Below the pieces are notes generated by a model. It searched no databases, had not been told where the DNA came from, and was given only the letters and a program-made list of their open reading frames with translations. From positions 258,230,001 to 258,294,000 of the forward strand of contig OZ024742.1 of the NCBI GenBank assembly GCA_964016885.1: DNA of 64,000 nucleotides, in the 5' to 3' direction. The position numbers and the translations under genes were made by a program. The DNA comes from Eledone cirrhosa (Eukaryota). Below, one piece after another: positions 1-13,527 of the stretch (the stretch's first letter is position 1; each line of letters begins with the position of its first letter).

Positions 1-99
1 GGCGCCGCTGGTCACAACACGTGCTGTGTTAGCCATACGATGACGCCATTCCTCTAGCTGTAAGTCTAAAGTCTGTCTGAAGCCAGAAGACCCATTTGG

Positions 100-338
100 C
101 CGGTGCTTATCCCGATTTCATGGCCTGAAGCGACTGAGAGTACAAGACTCCCCCCTGGACAGGACGCCAGTCCATCGCAGGGTTAAACCTCCAGCTATTG
201 CTGGTACTCATTTTCAGCTGAGTAAACTGGAGCAACGTGAAATATAGTGTCTTGCTCAAGGAAACAACACATCGCCCGGTCCGAGAATTGAACTCACAAC
301 CTTTCGATTGCAAGCGTACTGCTCTAACCACTAAGCCT
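100..338 (-). mobile_element. tRNA-derived SINE with CORE-like central domain
   Basis: Minus strand has an A-box (ggcttagtggttaga) and a B-box (gagttcaattc), then ccttgagcaagacact. Related copies lie at 15650-15780 and 17747-17870. Confidence 0.8.
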
Positions 339-1122
339 TCATACCACCTATATATCTATCTAACTTCCACATCGAAATCGCATTCTCGATTCCGATGTCA
401 GATATCAACATAACCTAGCGATTTCCTATCATCCAAATGTCCATGTTTATCAGATTGTTCATTTATGCGGCAACCATTGTATGAATATGGCTTACTATTG
501 CAGGGCTTCAAAAATTAATAAACTCCGACATAGAGAGGGATACGTCCTAACACGTTTAGAGAGTCAAAGCACTGCCGCTAAAAATCTATCAGGAATTAAT
601 GGCCTGGTATGAACATTCAATAATTGCACACGAAGATTCACCACTTTCAGAATAATTGCAAACAAATTCTTGCGCCTCCACTAATTCATTGTTATTTATA
701 CCATCGACCACGGAAAGGGAATATGTAAAGTTCAACTCGGCAAGATTTGAAGTGAAAATGTAATGGATAAGAATGTATTGCCTGACACTATAATTAGTGT
801 GAAAAACCACCGACATACACACAACTTTCATTAAAAAAATCACGGTCTTGATTCAAATATTGCATACTTAATTGAAGTGAAAATTCAAAATTGGAAATAT
901 TACTAAAATTTTCTGATAAGACGCAGTAAAGAAATTGAAAATATATGGACACTTCAGTAAATAAAATATTCGTGTGATGTAGGTATAACAGAGTTTGAAG
1001 CGCAGGTGTTCTATATGCTGTTAATATTTAAATGCTGTTGTTAACTAATACTTTAACAAAACGAGAATGCGTCTCAAGTGTAACTGGAGAAATACCTGAA
1101 ACGACGTATTTTATGTTAAATT

Positions 1123-1143
1123 ATATATATGTGTGTGTGGGTG

Positions 1144-1231
<88 letters not shown>

Positions 1232-1263
1232 TGCGTGTATATATGTATATATATATATATATG

Positions 1264-1338
<75 letters not shown>

Positions 1339-1342
1339 AATA

Positions 1343-1389
<47 letters not shown>

Positions 1390-1402
1390 ACATATATATA
1401 TG

Positions 1403-1433
<31 letters not shown>

Positions 1434-1556
1434 TATATATATATATATGATATATATATATATATATTTGTGTGTGAGTGCATATATATATATATGTATG
1501 TGTGTATGTGTATATAAATGTGTTATGTATATGTGTGTGTTTGAGTGCGTATATAC
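1123..1556. repeat. compound (TA)n/(TG)n microsatellite, representative of dozens in the window
   Basis: Seen directly; it produces the spurious YIYI/CVCV ORFs. Confidence 0.98.
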
Positions 1557-1672
1557 ATAAATTGAATATCATTTTTAACACCTTGCAAGTAGCATTGCAT
1601 TTTCTGGATCCATTTTAAGTATTACATCAAAAGGATATAAATATATTATAGAATAATTTCTACAATATTCAG

Positions 1673-1790
<118 letters not shown>

Positions 1791-1974
1791 TCTAGTATCA
1801 GCAAATTCAAGACCGCCATTGTGTTAAGCATTCAAATATTTACGTTTATCTATTTCATCACTGGAATTTTTTTTTTTTCCTTTGCCCGTCAATACTCCAG
1901 TAATTAACTGTACACACACACACGCCCGTAAGCACACACACTCACTCCAATATATATATATTATATATATATAT

Positions 1975-2795
1975 AAGTATTGAAGTTTCCGTTGAAAATT
2001 GAAAAAGTCATAGGAGTGAGCCAAATTTAATGTATAATAAACAATACAATATAATTACCTCATTACCAGAGGTTTCCCGAATGAGGCGAATACGAAAAAC
2101 GTCCTCATTCTTTCGTCGGACAAGGCAATTTAAAACATAGTGAAATATGTGAAAAGTCTCCTCAAGAAGTGCAAGAGTTTAATGGGCAAAAAATATATAA
2201 ATAAAAGTAATACAAGAGATATATTTAAAAAAAAAGGAAATATAGTTAGGGTATGTACAAATGTACATATGTGTGTATGTACAAATGCACATGTATGGTG
2301 AAAATGTGTGCGTAAGTACATATATGAGGGCAAGTATATTTGTGTATATGTGACCACAAATACGTATATAATATGAGTTGAAAAGAAATTGTATGAGAAT
2401 ATAAATAACACGCATCCAGATACAGGTATTAAATACACATACGAGTATGAAAGCACGCGCATAAACACACAGTACGGTCACTTATATGCGGAAGATAAAG
2501 AGGGAAGGGAGTGTAATAGTAAAAAGAAGTGTCATTCTCGATATATGTATAAAAATGAAACAATATATGAGAATGAAAAAAATGTTTAAATGAAAGAGAA
2601 AGTAATCAATTAACACTAGAGAAAAGAAAACAAATATAGGTACGCACGTACACACACATATATATATTAAAAAAATATATATATTTATACACACAAATAC
2701 GTACAGACAAAAGCGCATGCATGCGTACATACATACACACGAGGCACGTATATATATATATCGCCACATGTATATCTAATCACACGTACGTACGC

Positions 2796-2838
<43 letters not shown>

Positions 2839-3150
2839 TACATACACACCCATACATACATATACATATACATATACATACACATACACACACATTCACC
2901 CGCAAGCAAACACACACACGTATAAAAAAGTATGTAAAAAAACCTAGATATAAAAAAACACACATACACACGCATATATACGTACGCACGCACACATACG
3001 GAGGCGTTCGTATACATATACAGAACGTATACACACATAAGCACACTCACAGACATAGATACAGATTATAAACCAGCCGTATGAATAAATGATTACAAAT
3101 ATAAAATCGGCTGCGAAACAACATAATATATCTGGAGTGAAAAACGCAAT
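1975..3150 (-). mobile_element. non-coding 3'UTR/pLTR remnant related to the Naiad-like PLE at 36947-39932
   Basis: 1985-2170 matches 39575-39780. 3070-3145 matches 37087-37180 (aaaccagccgtatgaataaatg). Confidence 0.65.
2062..2130 (-). ncRNA. degenerate hammerhead ribozyme motif
   Basis: Minus strand reads ccgacga (one change from CUGACGA), stem II gaatgagg/cctcattc, then gaaa. Confidence 0.45.
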
Positions 3151-3340
3151 CATTCACGTCTGCAATCATGTACCCATATACATACAGATGCAGCAAGTAT
3201 ATATGTACTAGCAGTACACCTAGAGAAATATCCTACTAGAATATATGATGGTATAAAATAAATATATTTTCTTATCTATAGGAAGTGTGAAAATGTAAAT
3301 GCGGGGTTGTATGGTTAGTAGGACAGAAGATGTTAATAAT

Positions 3341-3506
3341 AATTGTTTCTACTTTTGGCACAAGACCAGTAATTGGTACTTTATTCTTTCGACCCCGTAA
3401 GGATGAAAGGCAAAGTTAAACTCGGCGGGATTTGAACTCAGACCATAAAGGGCCATAACTCGTTGCAGCAAAATGGCGTCAGATCCTCTACGATATGCCA
3501 ATCCAT
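3341..3506 (-). mobile_element. Nin-domain tRNA-SINE
   Basis: Minus strand: gagttcaaatcccgccgag...cctttcatccttacggggtcga...taccaa...gtgccaaaagtagaaacaatt. Confidence 0.85.
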
Positions 3507-3794
3507 AATAATAAAAGATAATTGTAATAGTAATAATAACGATGATAAAATTGGTGATACAAATGAAAGTAATGATACTAATTTTGGTAATTAATAGGAT
3601 GCTGGTGGAGTATGTGGGTTGCTGGTGTGTGCAGGGCGTGTTCAGGTGGATGGAAGTTGTTAGTACCTGGTGATATATTTAAGAATAAGGGACGTGATAA
3701 ATAATATAAAATTTAACAATAATATACTATTAACAATAATAACATTGGTAAAAAAATGTAACAGTAGTAATGGGAACGACCAACAACATCTTAC

Positions 3795-4460
3795 CTATAA
3801 TAAAGAAAGGAGTGCGGGACTGCATCCAGAATATATTTGTTTACCCCGTTTGTAAAATAAGTTGGGTTACTTTGAATAAATAATTGTTTCTACTATTGGC
3901 ACAAGGCCAGAAATTACCAAGTACATTACTGGTACTTTATTTTATCGACCCCGTAAGGATGAAAGGCAAAGTTAACCTCGGCGGGATTTGAACTCAGAAT
4001 GGCAAGGGCCGTAACTCTATGCGTCAAAGCATGGCGTCCGACCCTCTACCGATACTGCCAATCCACCGCCTTACTTTGAATAAATAATGAATGAATATTA
4101 CATAATTTATCCTCTAAATTTCGTGGCTGTTGATTAAATATATTTCATAGCTTATTTAAAGATTCACTTCTTTAAAATTGTCAAATGTCAACACTTCCGG
4201 TTAGCGGCCGTTATATTATAACACTTATAATCGCTTATATTTCCGTCGCTAATTTTCTTCTAATGCAGTTTATATATAATACCGTCTTTTTTTAAATGTA
4301 TCATGGATTACGTTACTGATTACAAAAGACAGTGTAACACAGTCTTCGTTCAATTTCTGTGTATATTGTCAATTAGTATTTTATTTACATGCATATATAT
4401 CTGTGTATTATATCAATATACACACTACACATACTAGCAGAAAACCACCCGAAGGTGCAA
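3795..4460. repeat. interspersed repeat, diverged paralog of 6611-7120
   Basis: Collinear shared blocks: ctataataaag..gcgggactgc, tgtcaacacttccgg, catggattacgtt, ctagcagaaaa. Confidence 0.75.
3885..4070 (-). mobile_element. Nin-domain tRNA-SINE with 18-bp TSD
   Basis: Full head plus Nin domain. ttactttgaataaataat occurs at 3867-3884 and 4071-4088. Confidence 0.9.
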
Positions 4461-4830
4461 CTGCAAAAAGCCAGAAGCATGCCTTATAATGAACATTGTA
4501 TACCGGTGTGATGTCATGACCTGGCAGACAGTATACATGTGGATATAGGCACAACTTCAACAACCTTTAAGGAGCGACTGTACAACCACATGTGTTCCTT
4601 CAACCACAGACATAAGCCAACTTGATCTGGGACCTCATGGATAGAAACCTGAAATACAAGATCAAATGGTCCGTAAGGAGAAGCGTCGATCAATATTGGG
4701 GAGGAAGCCATTGCAGGTTGTACCTGGTGGAATCGGCAGAGTCCATTGAATTAAAATCGGCTATTAATATCAAATCGATAACTTTGCAAACTGCAGAACG
4801 CAAAGAAACATACATTATCCGCGGTGGTAT
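4456..4830 (+). pseudogene. Naiad-like PLE GIY-YIG endonuclease remnant
   Basis: Across frameshifts: CNCKKPEAC..NIVYRCDV..IGTTSTTFKERLYNHMCSF..WDLMDRNLKYKIKWSV..HCRL. Confidence 0.7.
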
Positions 4831-4999
4831 TCAGACATAAACCACAGACCGACCACAACCTAACCACCCGAACACAGACATCACTAGGCAGATACAAATC
4901 ATCCTATTCATTACCACAATTATTATCATGTCTCAAACTCTATTATCATTCTCATTACCACTATTAAATTAGATACTGGGAACCTGAAAGTGTTGCTAT

Positions 5000-5760
5000 G
5001 ATTATTTATCATGCAAATTAAATAAGTCCCGGTTAAAGCTTTGGAGGTCTTTTTCTTCGATGCAAAGCTGGCGATTGGGGGAATCTGACCACTCAAGCAA
5101 TACACTCCTGTGGGCGTCGCTTGATGATGAACTCAAATGATAATACTCTTTCACGCTTTTCTATCCTGATGTTAACATAGCTGAGGGCGAGGCTATGGGA
5201 TTGCAGGTCCTTCTCTATTTGTTTCACCCATATCTTCCTCGGTGAGCTTCACTGAATTCTCGGGTGCATGGGTCACTGTCGGACAAAAGTTGGTGTTGTA
5301 GCGTTCTACAGCCGTCGGCATATCACTAGCCTGCGTTGCTGAATTTTTCCTGTAATGGTCGGCTCTGTTGCTGGGATTGTTCTCTATTTTGTTATTTGAG
5401 ATTCGGTCACATACGGAGACACAAAGAATATGACGAAGACATCGCATTTGGAACACCTCGTGCTTATTGAGGTCTTGTGTTGGGATTTTCCAGGTTACAG
5501 CGCTGTAGAGTAGAATAGATCTGCTGGTCTGATCACCAAGCATTTAATGATCATCAAAAAGCCTTTCCTAACGATGCAGATTAAGCTACTGCCCCGGGAG
5601 ATTTATAATTCCGCGCTGTTGCCTTTGTTATGAATTGGAATGGTGATGGCCTTCTTCTGTGCCTCCAGCCCTAATCGCTTCCGCACTTACTTGATCCAAT
5701 TAAGCCCCCACCCAATTTTCTAATGTAGGCTCAATATCAATCACTGAATTGGCAGGAGGA
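5000..5760 (-). pseudogene. RTE-like LINE ORF2 remnant
   Basis: LLYSAVTW..LNKHEVFQMRCLRHIL.VS..DRISN is typical of the C-terminal part of the RTE RT. Confidence 0.7.
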
Positions 5761-6576
5761 CTGAGCGATGTTGGAGCTGCCAGCGTTCCCAGGTGTGGGC
5801 CGTGTTTATACAGTTTGAATGCGCTCAAACCATAACAACACAAGGAGGCAGTCAACTCTCCTGATATTATAGTTGGTTGAATTGTTTTTTTTTTTCTACT
5901 CAACCTTCAAAGTGTACAATAGAGTGTGTGACACTTGCATTTGGACGCAGCCTCCTCTAGATCAATTGCCATCATATGGCAGTAATATTCCCTTTATGCT
6001 GTCATCTGCAGTATTTTTCGAAGTCGACTTGTTTCTTTTCCTGCGTTTGTCCAACAGAGCGAGTCACTTGTCCTAAACCTTAGGCTTCGTCTTGTGTCGA
6101 GCAGGCGGGCAGAAGGGTTTGACATATTCAAGGAGGGTCTCCGAGATATTAAATTCTTCACCGTCAATATTATCTGACACTTTCAATGGGACTAAGCAAT
6201 AGGTGAGGGTGATGTGAACGGCAACACTCAGCTGATTCCAATCCAATGTGAGCAATTTCAGCAATTTTCTCTCCTGTTGCTTAAGTTTAAGGCGAATCCG
6301 GCTATCAAAGGAGTGAGTGGTGTGAGTCGCAGACGCGTCCTCTCATGGCACCAGTACTCTAGATTGATGGTCGGAACCGAAGACTGATAAGTTCATAGTC
6401 TAGAATCGCCGAGTGATTTTCAGACGGATTTCACCAGAAAGATGTGAAAGATTGGTAAATAATAAATATCATAGAGAAGTGAAATGTATTTAAAGTTAAA
6501 ACGATGTCTTTTACAAATTTAACACGTCTGTTAAATTTGTTAAATCGTATGATTTTTTAAAATGCACACAAGCACG

Positions 6577-6610
<34 letters not shown>

Positions 6611-6614
<4 letters not shown>

Positions 6615-7120
6615 AATAAAGGAAGGTCTGCGGGACTGCGTACGGTTTTTTTTATCCCGTTTCTAAAATAACTTGGATTACTTTGAATAAATAATGGAAT
6701 ATTACATAATTTATCTACTAAATTTTTTAAACATAATTAATTTCGTAAAAAGAAATAATTTAAAATTTACTTCTTTCCAAAGTTGCACTTCCGGTATATC
6801 GGTGCCACCACCACCACTTCAACTATCGTATATATATAGAAAGAGAGAATGTGTGATGTCAACACTTCCGGTGGCGATCGCTTAAATAAACATACTAATT
6901 TTCTCTTAATGCAGTTTATATATAATATCGTCTTTTTTTAATGTAGCATGGATTACGTTTCTGATTACATAAGACAAAGTAACACAGTCTTCTTTCAATT
7001 TCTGTGTATATTGTCAAATACGATTTTATTTGATCATATCTACATGCATATATACTTGAGTATCAATATATACACTACACGTGCTAGCAGAAAAGCTCCC
7101 GAAAGGTGGTTTTTCTGCAA
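6611..7120. repeat. interspersed repeat, paralog of 3795-4460 lacking the SINE
   Basis: Single copy of ttactttgaataaataat at about 6678-6695. Ends in the hairpin gcagaaaa...ttttctgc. Confidence 0.75.
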
Positions 7121-7348
7121 TATATATATATATAAAGATGTATGTATGTGTGTGTGTATTTATGTATGTGCATGTCTGTATGACAAGTAAAACTACAAGT
7201 TTAAGTGACGTCAGGGTTCTATTTTATAGAACAGAAATCTCAGGGAAAACAAAGGAAAAGAAAAAGTGAGAAAGGAAGAAGAAGAGTAAAAGGCCAAAAG
7301 AAGAAATGATGATATCGTATTAAAAAACGTAAGCCATTGAAATTAATT

Positions 7349-7509
7349 GTTTCTACTTTTGGCACAAGGCCAGCAATAATACCAGTGTATTACTGGTACT
7401 TTATTTTATTGACCCCATAAGGATGAAAGGCAAAGTTAATCTCAACGGGATTTGAACTCTGACCATAAAGGGCCGTAACTCTTTGCAACAAAGCATGGCG
7501 TCAGACGCT
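7349..7509 (-). mobile_element. 5'-truncated Nin-domain SINE with 13-bp TSD
   Basis: attgaaattaatt occurs at 7336-7348 and 7510-7522. Confidence 0.85.
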
Positions 7510-7729
7510 ATTGAAATTAATTATGTGAAAAGAGATGGCACCTTCGCTACAGATTAGTAATGATAAAATTAGGCAAATTAGAAATGAGCGGACAAGATCA
7601 CTATCAAAAACAAAGCATAACGAAAAGAAATATTATTTTAAGGTGAAACCTTAAAATAATATTTATGTATATATGTATGAATGTGTGTGTGTGTGTGTGT
7701 GTGTTATTATATGTATACGGGGGGCAGAT

Positions 7730-8810
7730 TGCCTACGCACCTATGTCGTATATAAGATTCAATGCGATAAATGTAACAAGTTTTACATAGCTAGCACCAT
7801 CCGACCCCTACATGTTCGTATCAAGGAACACCAACGCATCTTCCTTCCGTAAACACATCCTTAAATGCGGAAACCCACAGGGTAGACCCTTGGTCACAGT
7901 CCTAGCGACTGAACGCAGCATCGGATCCTTAAGGATGAAGGAAGCACTTGTTATTAAGAACCTCAGACCCCCACTTAACAACCGGACTGAGAGAAATGAG
8001 CTGACATGGCTAACTTAACCATAGTGACCATTCACAGCCTACGGCCTGCTATCTTCACACACACGCACGTATATGCATACCCATACGCATACACACACAC
8101 ATCTATATTTATACACGCACACATGTTTTTACAACCTACCACCTTTCACACCCTTTGATTTCCAGCTTCTACAGCCCACTATCTTTCACACACAAACGCA
8201 CTCACATATATACACATACAGTTACACACACATGTATACCCATACGCTTACACACACACATCTATATTTATACACGCACACATGTTTTACAACCTACCAC
8301 CTTTCACACCCTTTGATTTCCAGCTTCTACAGACCAATATCTTTCACACACACACACACTCACACATATACACACTTACACTTATACACACACAGTTACA
8401 CACACATATATATTTACACACACATATCTTACGGCTTTCACACGCTAGCGCACCCTCTTGATTTAACCCATTTGGTCAGTAGCTTTTGCCACAGCCTATC
8501 ACGCGCACGCGCATTCTTTCCCTCGTTTAAATTTTAAATAATTTTCTCCCCATAACGGCATTCCTGTCTTAACGACATCACAACTTTCTCCGCTTGGCCT
8601 GTTCCCCCCCTTTTGGAACTTTCCCCCGTTGATGGGCGTGAGCCCGAAATATTGGGATTAAATCTCCACTACGGTAACCCTTCTACCTTTGTTTTGTTTT
8701 CATCTTTGTCTCTCTCAATTTTCACTTTCACCTGTTTTTCCTATCTATCTTTCACTTCCTACCTCGAGATTGCCCTCTGCATTGTTGTGGCTTTCTTAAC
8801 TACGTATTTT
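7730..8810 (+). mobile_element. PLE 3' fragment: GIY-YIG C-terminus, 3'UTR and degenerate HHR
   Basis: VVYKIQCDKCNKFYIAST.R.L..RIKEH..LRMKEALVIKNLRPPLNNRTE. HHR-like ttgatg-ggc-gtga-gccc-gaaa near 8629-8650. An internal ~170-bp tandem duplication lies at 8055-8400. Confidence 0.75.
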
Positions 8811-8837
8811 ATGTATATATATATATATATATAAATA

Positions 8838-9271
8838 AATGTATATATAGTGTATTTTGCAATACACTGTATGCTGAATTAAAAGCATTTTGAAGACCTT
8901 TACGCTATTGTTTTATAGTAGTGACTATGTGACTTACTTCTTTTTTCACCAAACAAAGGGATATAAGCTGACAGATCTCTGTTTCGTACTGTTGATACTC
9001 CTCAGAGCTTACCACACCCTTTGCTCGCTGACAATTATGAATGTTGGATTCTTATAGAATTCCAGTAATAATCAGGAACCGATTATACAGAGCGGTTGCC
9101 CGTCCAGCAAAAGTTGAAAATTACAATTGGTGCTCTGAAATACCGATATATATAAAATGTATATATAGTGTATTTTGCAATACACTGTATGCTTAATTTA
9201 AACCATTTTGAAGACCTTACGCTATTGTTTTAAAGTAGTGACAATGTGACTTGCTTCTTTTTTCAGCAAAC
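8838..9271. repeat. ~115-bp direct repeats (8838-8955 and 9157-9271) flanked by (TA)n
   Basis: aatgtatatatagtgtattttgcaatacactgtatgct... occurs twice. Confidence 0.85.
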
Positions 9272-9274
9272 GAT

Positions 9275-9324
<50 letters not shown>

Positions 9325-9471
9325 AGTATATGTTGGTTGTATACCAACACCTCAGTATCTATGTAGATTGGAGCACTCGACGAAGTGCGCAGGTTGGTTT
9401 GGTTACTCCGGAGTAATGTAAAATAAAATAAGATAGATAAGTCAAATGTTTAAAATTTGGCTTCGTTTATT

Positions 9472-9527
9472 ACTGCTATATATATATTTCGGTGACAGCC
9501 ATCTTGGCTGTGACCTCTTCAGGCAGT
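9472..9527 (-). ncRNA. type I minimal hammerhead ribozyme
   Basis: actgc-CUGAAGA-ggtcacagcc/ggctgtcacc-GAAA-(ta)n-UA-gcagt. Confidence 0.8.
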
Positions 9528-9775
9528 CCGAATTAGTGTGGTAGAGACGAGTACACATGTTGTTGAGGTGTATAACTTTGTCAATATTCTGTAATGCCCA
9601 GTTCCTGGTTGGGTTGTTATTTCACTGAGGAACTGGAATCATATCATAGAATCATATGATATGATTCCAGTTCCTCAGTGAAATAACAACCCAACCAGGA
9701 ACTGGGCATATCAGAGTATTGGCAATGTTATACACCTCAACAACATGTGTACTCGTCTCTACCACACTAATTCGG

Positions 9776-9830
9776 ACTGCCTGAAGATTTCACAGCCAAA
9801 GATGCCTGTCCCCGAAATATATATAGCAGT
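9776..9830 (+). ncRNA. type I minimal hammerhead ribozyme (inverted copy, stem II partly decayed)
   Basis: actgc-CUGAAGA...GAAA-tatata-UA-gcagt. Confidence 0.7.
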
Positions 9831-9871
9831 AATAAACGAAGCCAAATTTTAAACATTTCACTTATTTATTT

Positions 9872-9957
<86 letters not shown>

Positions 9958-10226
9958 ATATATATATATAAATATATATATATATATGTATGTATTTTTA
10001 TATATTTATATATAATATATATTTGTAGAAATGGGTGTAGGTATTTGTCGTTCTACGCATGTCTGTATGGACGGATATATCAGAGTATGTAAACGTGTTT
10101 ATATGTTTGTGAATATCTGTATGTCTGTTTGTGTCTATATATATAAGTATGTTTCTATATACACGTGTTAGTATACATGTACATATTTATATATCTATCT
10201 CTCTCGCTCTCTCTCTCTCGCTCTTA

Positions 10227-10272
<46 letters not shown>

Positions 10273-10329
10273 GTGTGTGTGTGTGTGCGTGTGTGTGTGG
10301 GTGGGTGCGTGTGTGTGTATAAATTTACA

Positions 10330-12420
10330 ACACTATCTTTGCTTTTGTTTGATTTCCGTTACAGTATGTTATTGTTTCATCTCTAAATCATTTAGTTAGA
10401 AATCAAGGTTTATCATTGATTAATCAAAAGTTAAAAATGTAAACATAAATACGATAAATTATTTCGTCACCCTTTTTCCTGTGACATCTTGAGAGAATAT
10501 CACCATGATCTTGCACGTTGTGCTTCTATAACGTTTTTATTTGTTGTCTCTGTTTGTACATGCGTTTTTGTACGTGTGTTTTGTGCTGCTGTGTTCCTCT
10601 CTTAGGGTGTGTGTATTTATATTCTATCTTTGGTCAGTAGTGTGTGTTGGTGTGTTGATTAAATTATTGCATCTGTGTATACTTATATTCTATTTGTAAT
10701 CACTAGTGTGTGTTTGTGTGTAATTGTTACTATTCCACTCATATTTTCTGTTCAGCCTAAGTTATCATAATTCTTATTCTGTAGCCACACTAATTTGACT
10801 AAGTGTTGAGTCATTCTTAAGATTACATATTATCTTAACTTCTTTGTTGTCTCGTTTACTATCATGCTTTAATTCACTCTAGTTTTCATCTACCACTGTT
10901 CTATGCTATGGGTTGTTTTTCCTATGTCCGTCAATGTCATTCTTCTGTAGGCGACCTCTGTACATCTTATGCTATAGAATACGTTTCTACACTTCATTTG
11001 TAGACTTATTCTACATACTACACATTTCTTATTTGTACAGTGGTTCTCTTAAAGGGGTCATTTTTTCTGATCAGATATGTTATGGTAGTTCCTGGCTTTT
11101 CCACGTTTTGCTCCCATAAGCGAATAAATCCCTTTCATGTTCATCACTATTTCACCGTGGCCCCTTTGTGCACATTGATCCTGTCTATTTGTCTGTAGCC
11201 AGAGAACTACATGTGATGTGTGAAATGATGTACGTGTCTTTCTTGTTCTGTGGGATCGCACACGCGGGATACATTTCCATCACTCTTATTAAGCCTGCAA
11301 TCAGGATATTAGAGTTAACAATATTGGATATCGATGAGTTTTTGTGTATTAAGTATTTGTTGACCATCGGTTGAGCATAATGAGAGTGGAAGAGTTGGAC
11401 TTTTACGTTTATCGTATGTAATAAGACTTCAGTGTCTAATACTGGTAGTCTGTTGTTACGTTGTTTGGTAGCAAAGTCTATACTTAAATTGATTCTCTGG
11501 TGTAAGGAGTTACCTACTTCTTTGATGCTCTCCATGGTGTTAGCTTCTACTTCCGGTTCATTGGAACTCTCTAGTGGGAGTGTTATTATTACTATTTCAA
11601 TGTCCTCAACATTACGAGAGTACATGGTGCGGAACTATGGATTAATCTGCTATGAGTTCTTTGTGTCTCCTTTGCCAACATGCCATAAATAGTTTGGCAA
11701 CATCGCTAGCTCTGCTGACGCTCGAGCATCTTGGTAGTATGTTATTTTTAAATTATATTTGAACATGTGCCCGTTTAGAGTAGCTTTAGTACTCGCTGCT
11801 ACCGCATGTGCGATCAACTTTCTCACCCGATCATTGTTCTGTGTGTCCCATGGCTATGGGCCATCCATGCCATCTCCCTAAGGGAGTCTTTTTTGCTATC
11901 GAAGTTATGGTAGGGGTTCTACCTTTTATTAGTATACTGGGGTAGAAACTGTTATGGTCATGTTTGTCTAGATATTCTCTGTCACATGTAAATCTATGTA
12001 GGGAACCGACTGAGTTTCGACCTGGTCAAAGTTACAGAATACAAACTAACTCTCGCGGAATATATCCACACATTTTTACCACATCAAATTCAACGTCTAT
12101 TGATGGGTACAGGGACACTGCATTTATTTGCTTATAATGGAGATTGTCAGGTCTTCTATGTGGTTGCAACCGTTAATTCTGCTGAGGACGACATCTATCC
12201 TATCACACACAACTGGGGACATCTTAATTCTGGGGCGCATAATAATAAAGAGGGAGTATGAGATCCTGTATTTGCTGGCTATATTATCTCCGCTGACAAG
12301 TATTGGTAGGGTCCTATTATAGGGTCAATAGCTGTGTTGTGTTTTTTGTGGAGCCCATACTGGGGTGATATGTCATTGTTAGAAGCCTGGAAGTTGTTGG
12401 TTGTGCTGCTATTTCGTTTT
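10330..12420 (-). mobile_element. degenerate PLE of the same lineage as 19589-23378
   Basis: NNFQASNN..YGL.K.H; YSRNVEDI; NNRLPVLDTE; HSHYAQPM..KYLI.KNS. A degenerate HHR (ctcaaga-gtcac/gtgac-gaaa) lies near 10455-10497. Confidence 0.85.
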
Positions 12421-13527
12421 AGCGTTGTGAGCGTTGAGGATCCTTTCCCTTTCCTCATGTGTTTGTGGTATTGTTTCACTCGTGTTGATGAGGTGGAGGT
12501 TGTTTTTTCGTTTTCGTTTTTGGAAAAATATTTTTTTATTGATTTGTTGTTGTTCTTTGGTGTTAGATTTTTTTTTGTCTTTGAAACACCGTTATTATTC
12601 ATATTAAATTTTAGTCATTCGATATGGCAATTAGTAGACATGGGATCTTCCCATACTGTGTTACATGAATTTCGGATCTATTCTGATTCAATTTAATAAG
12701 TACACACTATGAATATATATATATAAAGAGAAGTATGGGTGGATTCTCGATGGTTATCAGGAGTTGACCATGTTTAAAAAAAATTTTACATACGTTACTA
12801 AGGAATAGCCGTCTTTATATTACATAGAAATTACTACTACAGGAATAGAAATTTTTCCTTCGTATGAAATCATCACCAAATCTAGGTCAGGAGAAAGGGG
12901 GTGGGGGTAGAGAGAGAAAGAAAGAGAGAAATATATAAACATATAGAAATGAAAGCATATCAACGTGTTACGTTCATATGAGTATGTATGTTTATCTCCC
13001 ACACATACTCATATGTCAAACGGACTTGTCACAATAGGTGGAGTTTTAGTGGAACCAGGGTGACATACAGAGTTTCTTGAAAATTTTAAATTGTGGGTCT
13101 GTGCGCACGTTTCTGTGTGTTTCTGTGTTATATATAAGGTTCTGAGAGAGGATTGGTGTTAAATATGTTTTGTTATAAATGTATAATATATCGTCTGCAC
13201 TAAATTTTGTTTTGTCTGTGCTGTTTATTATCTTAATTTCGGCATAATATGTTGGTAGTTAGCTAATAAAGATTAATTAATAGTGTTAACAGTGATATTT
13301 CTAGATGTGTCATTGTATTTCGTGTTTTTGGTTGTGACTCCGTGAAATTATTATATACACTTGCCATTACAAATGTGCTGCCGCTTCCATCAGGAACTAT
13401 AAGATGTGTACGTGCTTACGTTCAATTTCTGTATCTCAATGAATGAGTAGTGGGCCGACACGGGCTATTTGTTTCTTTCTTCCGATAGTTTCGTAAAGAA
13501 ATGTATATATCTTTCTTTGTAATTATA

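Larger units (their letters stand above)
9322..9880. mobile_element. non-coding palindromic pLTR element carrying two inverted HHRs
   Basis: Arms about 9420-9648 and 9655-9880, loop gaatca, ~100-nt tail on the left, (TA)n on both sides. Confidence 0.85.

Noticed and set aside
270-338. tRNA gene
   Set aside because: The A/B boxes continue into a SINE body with several copies, and no proper acceptor stem is seen.
1032-1581. [12 protein letters not shown] ORFs here and throughout the window
   Set aside because: These are translations of dinucleotide microsatellites.
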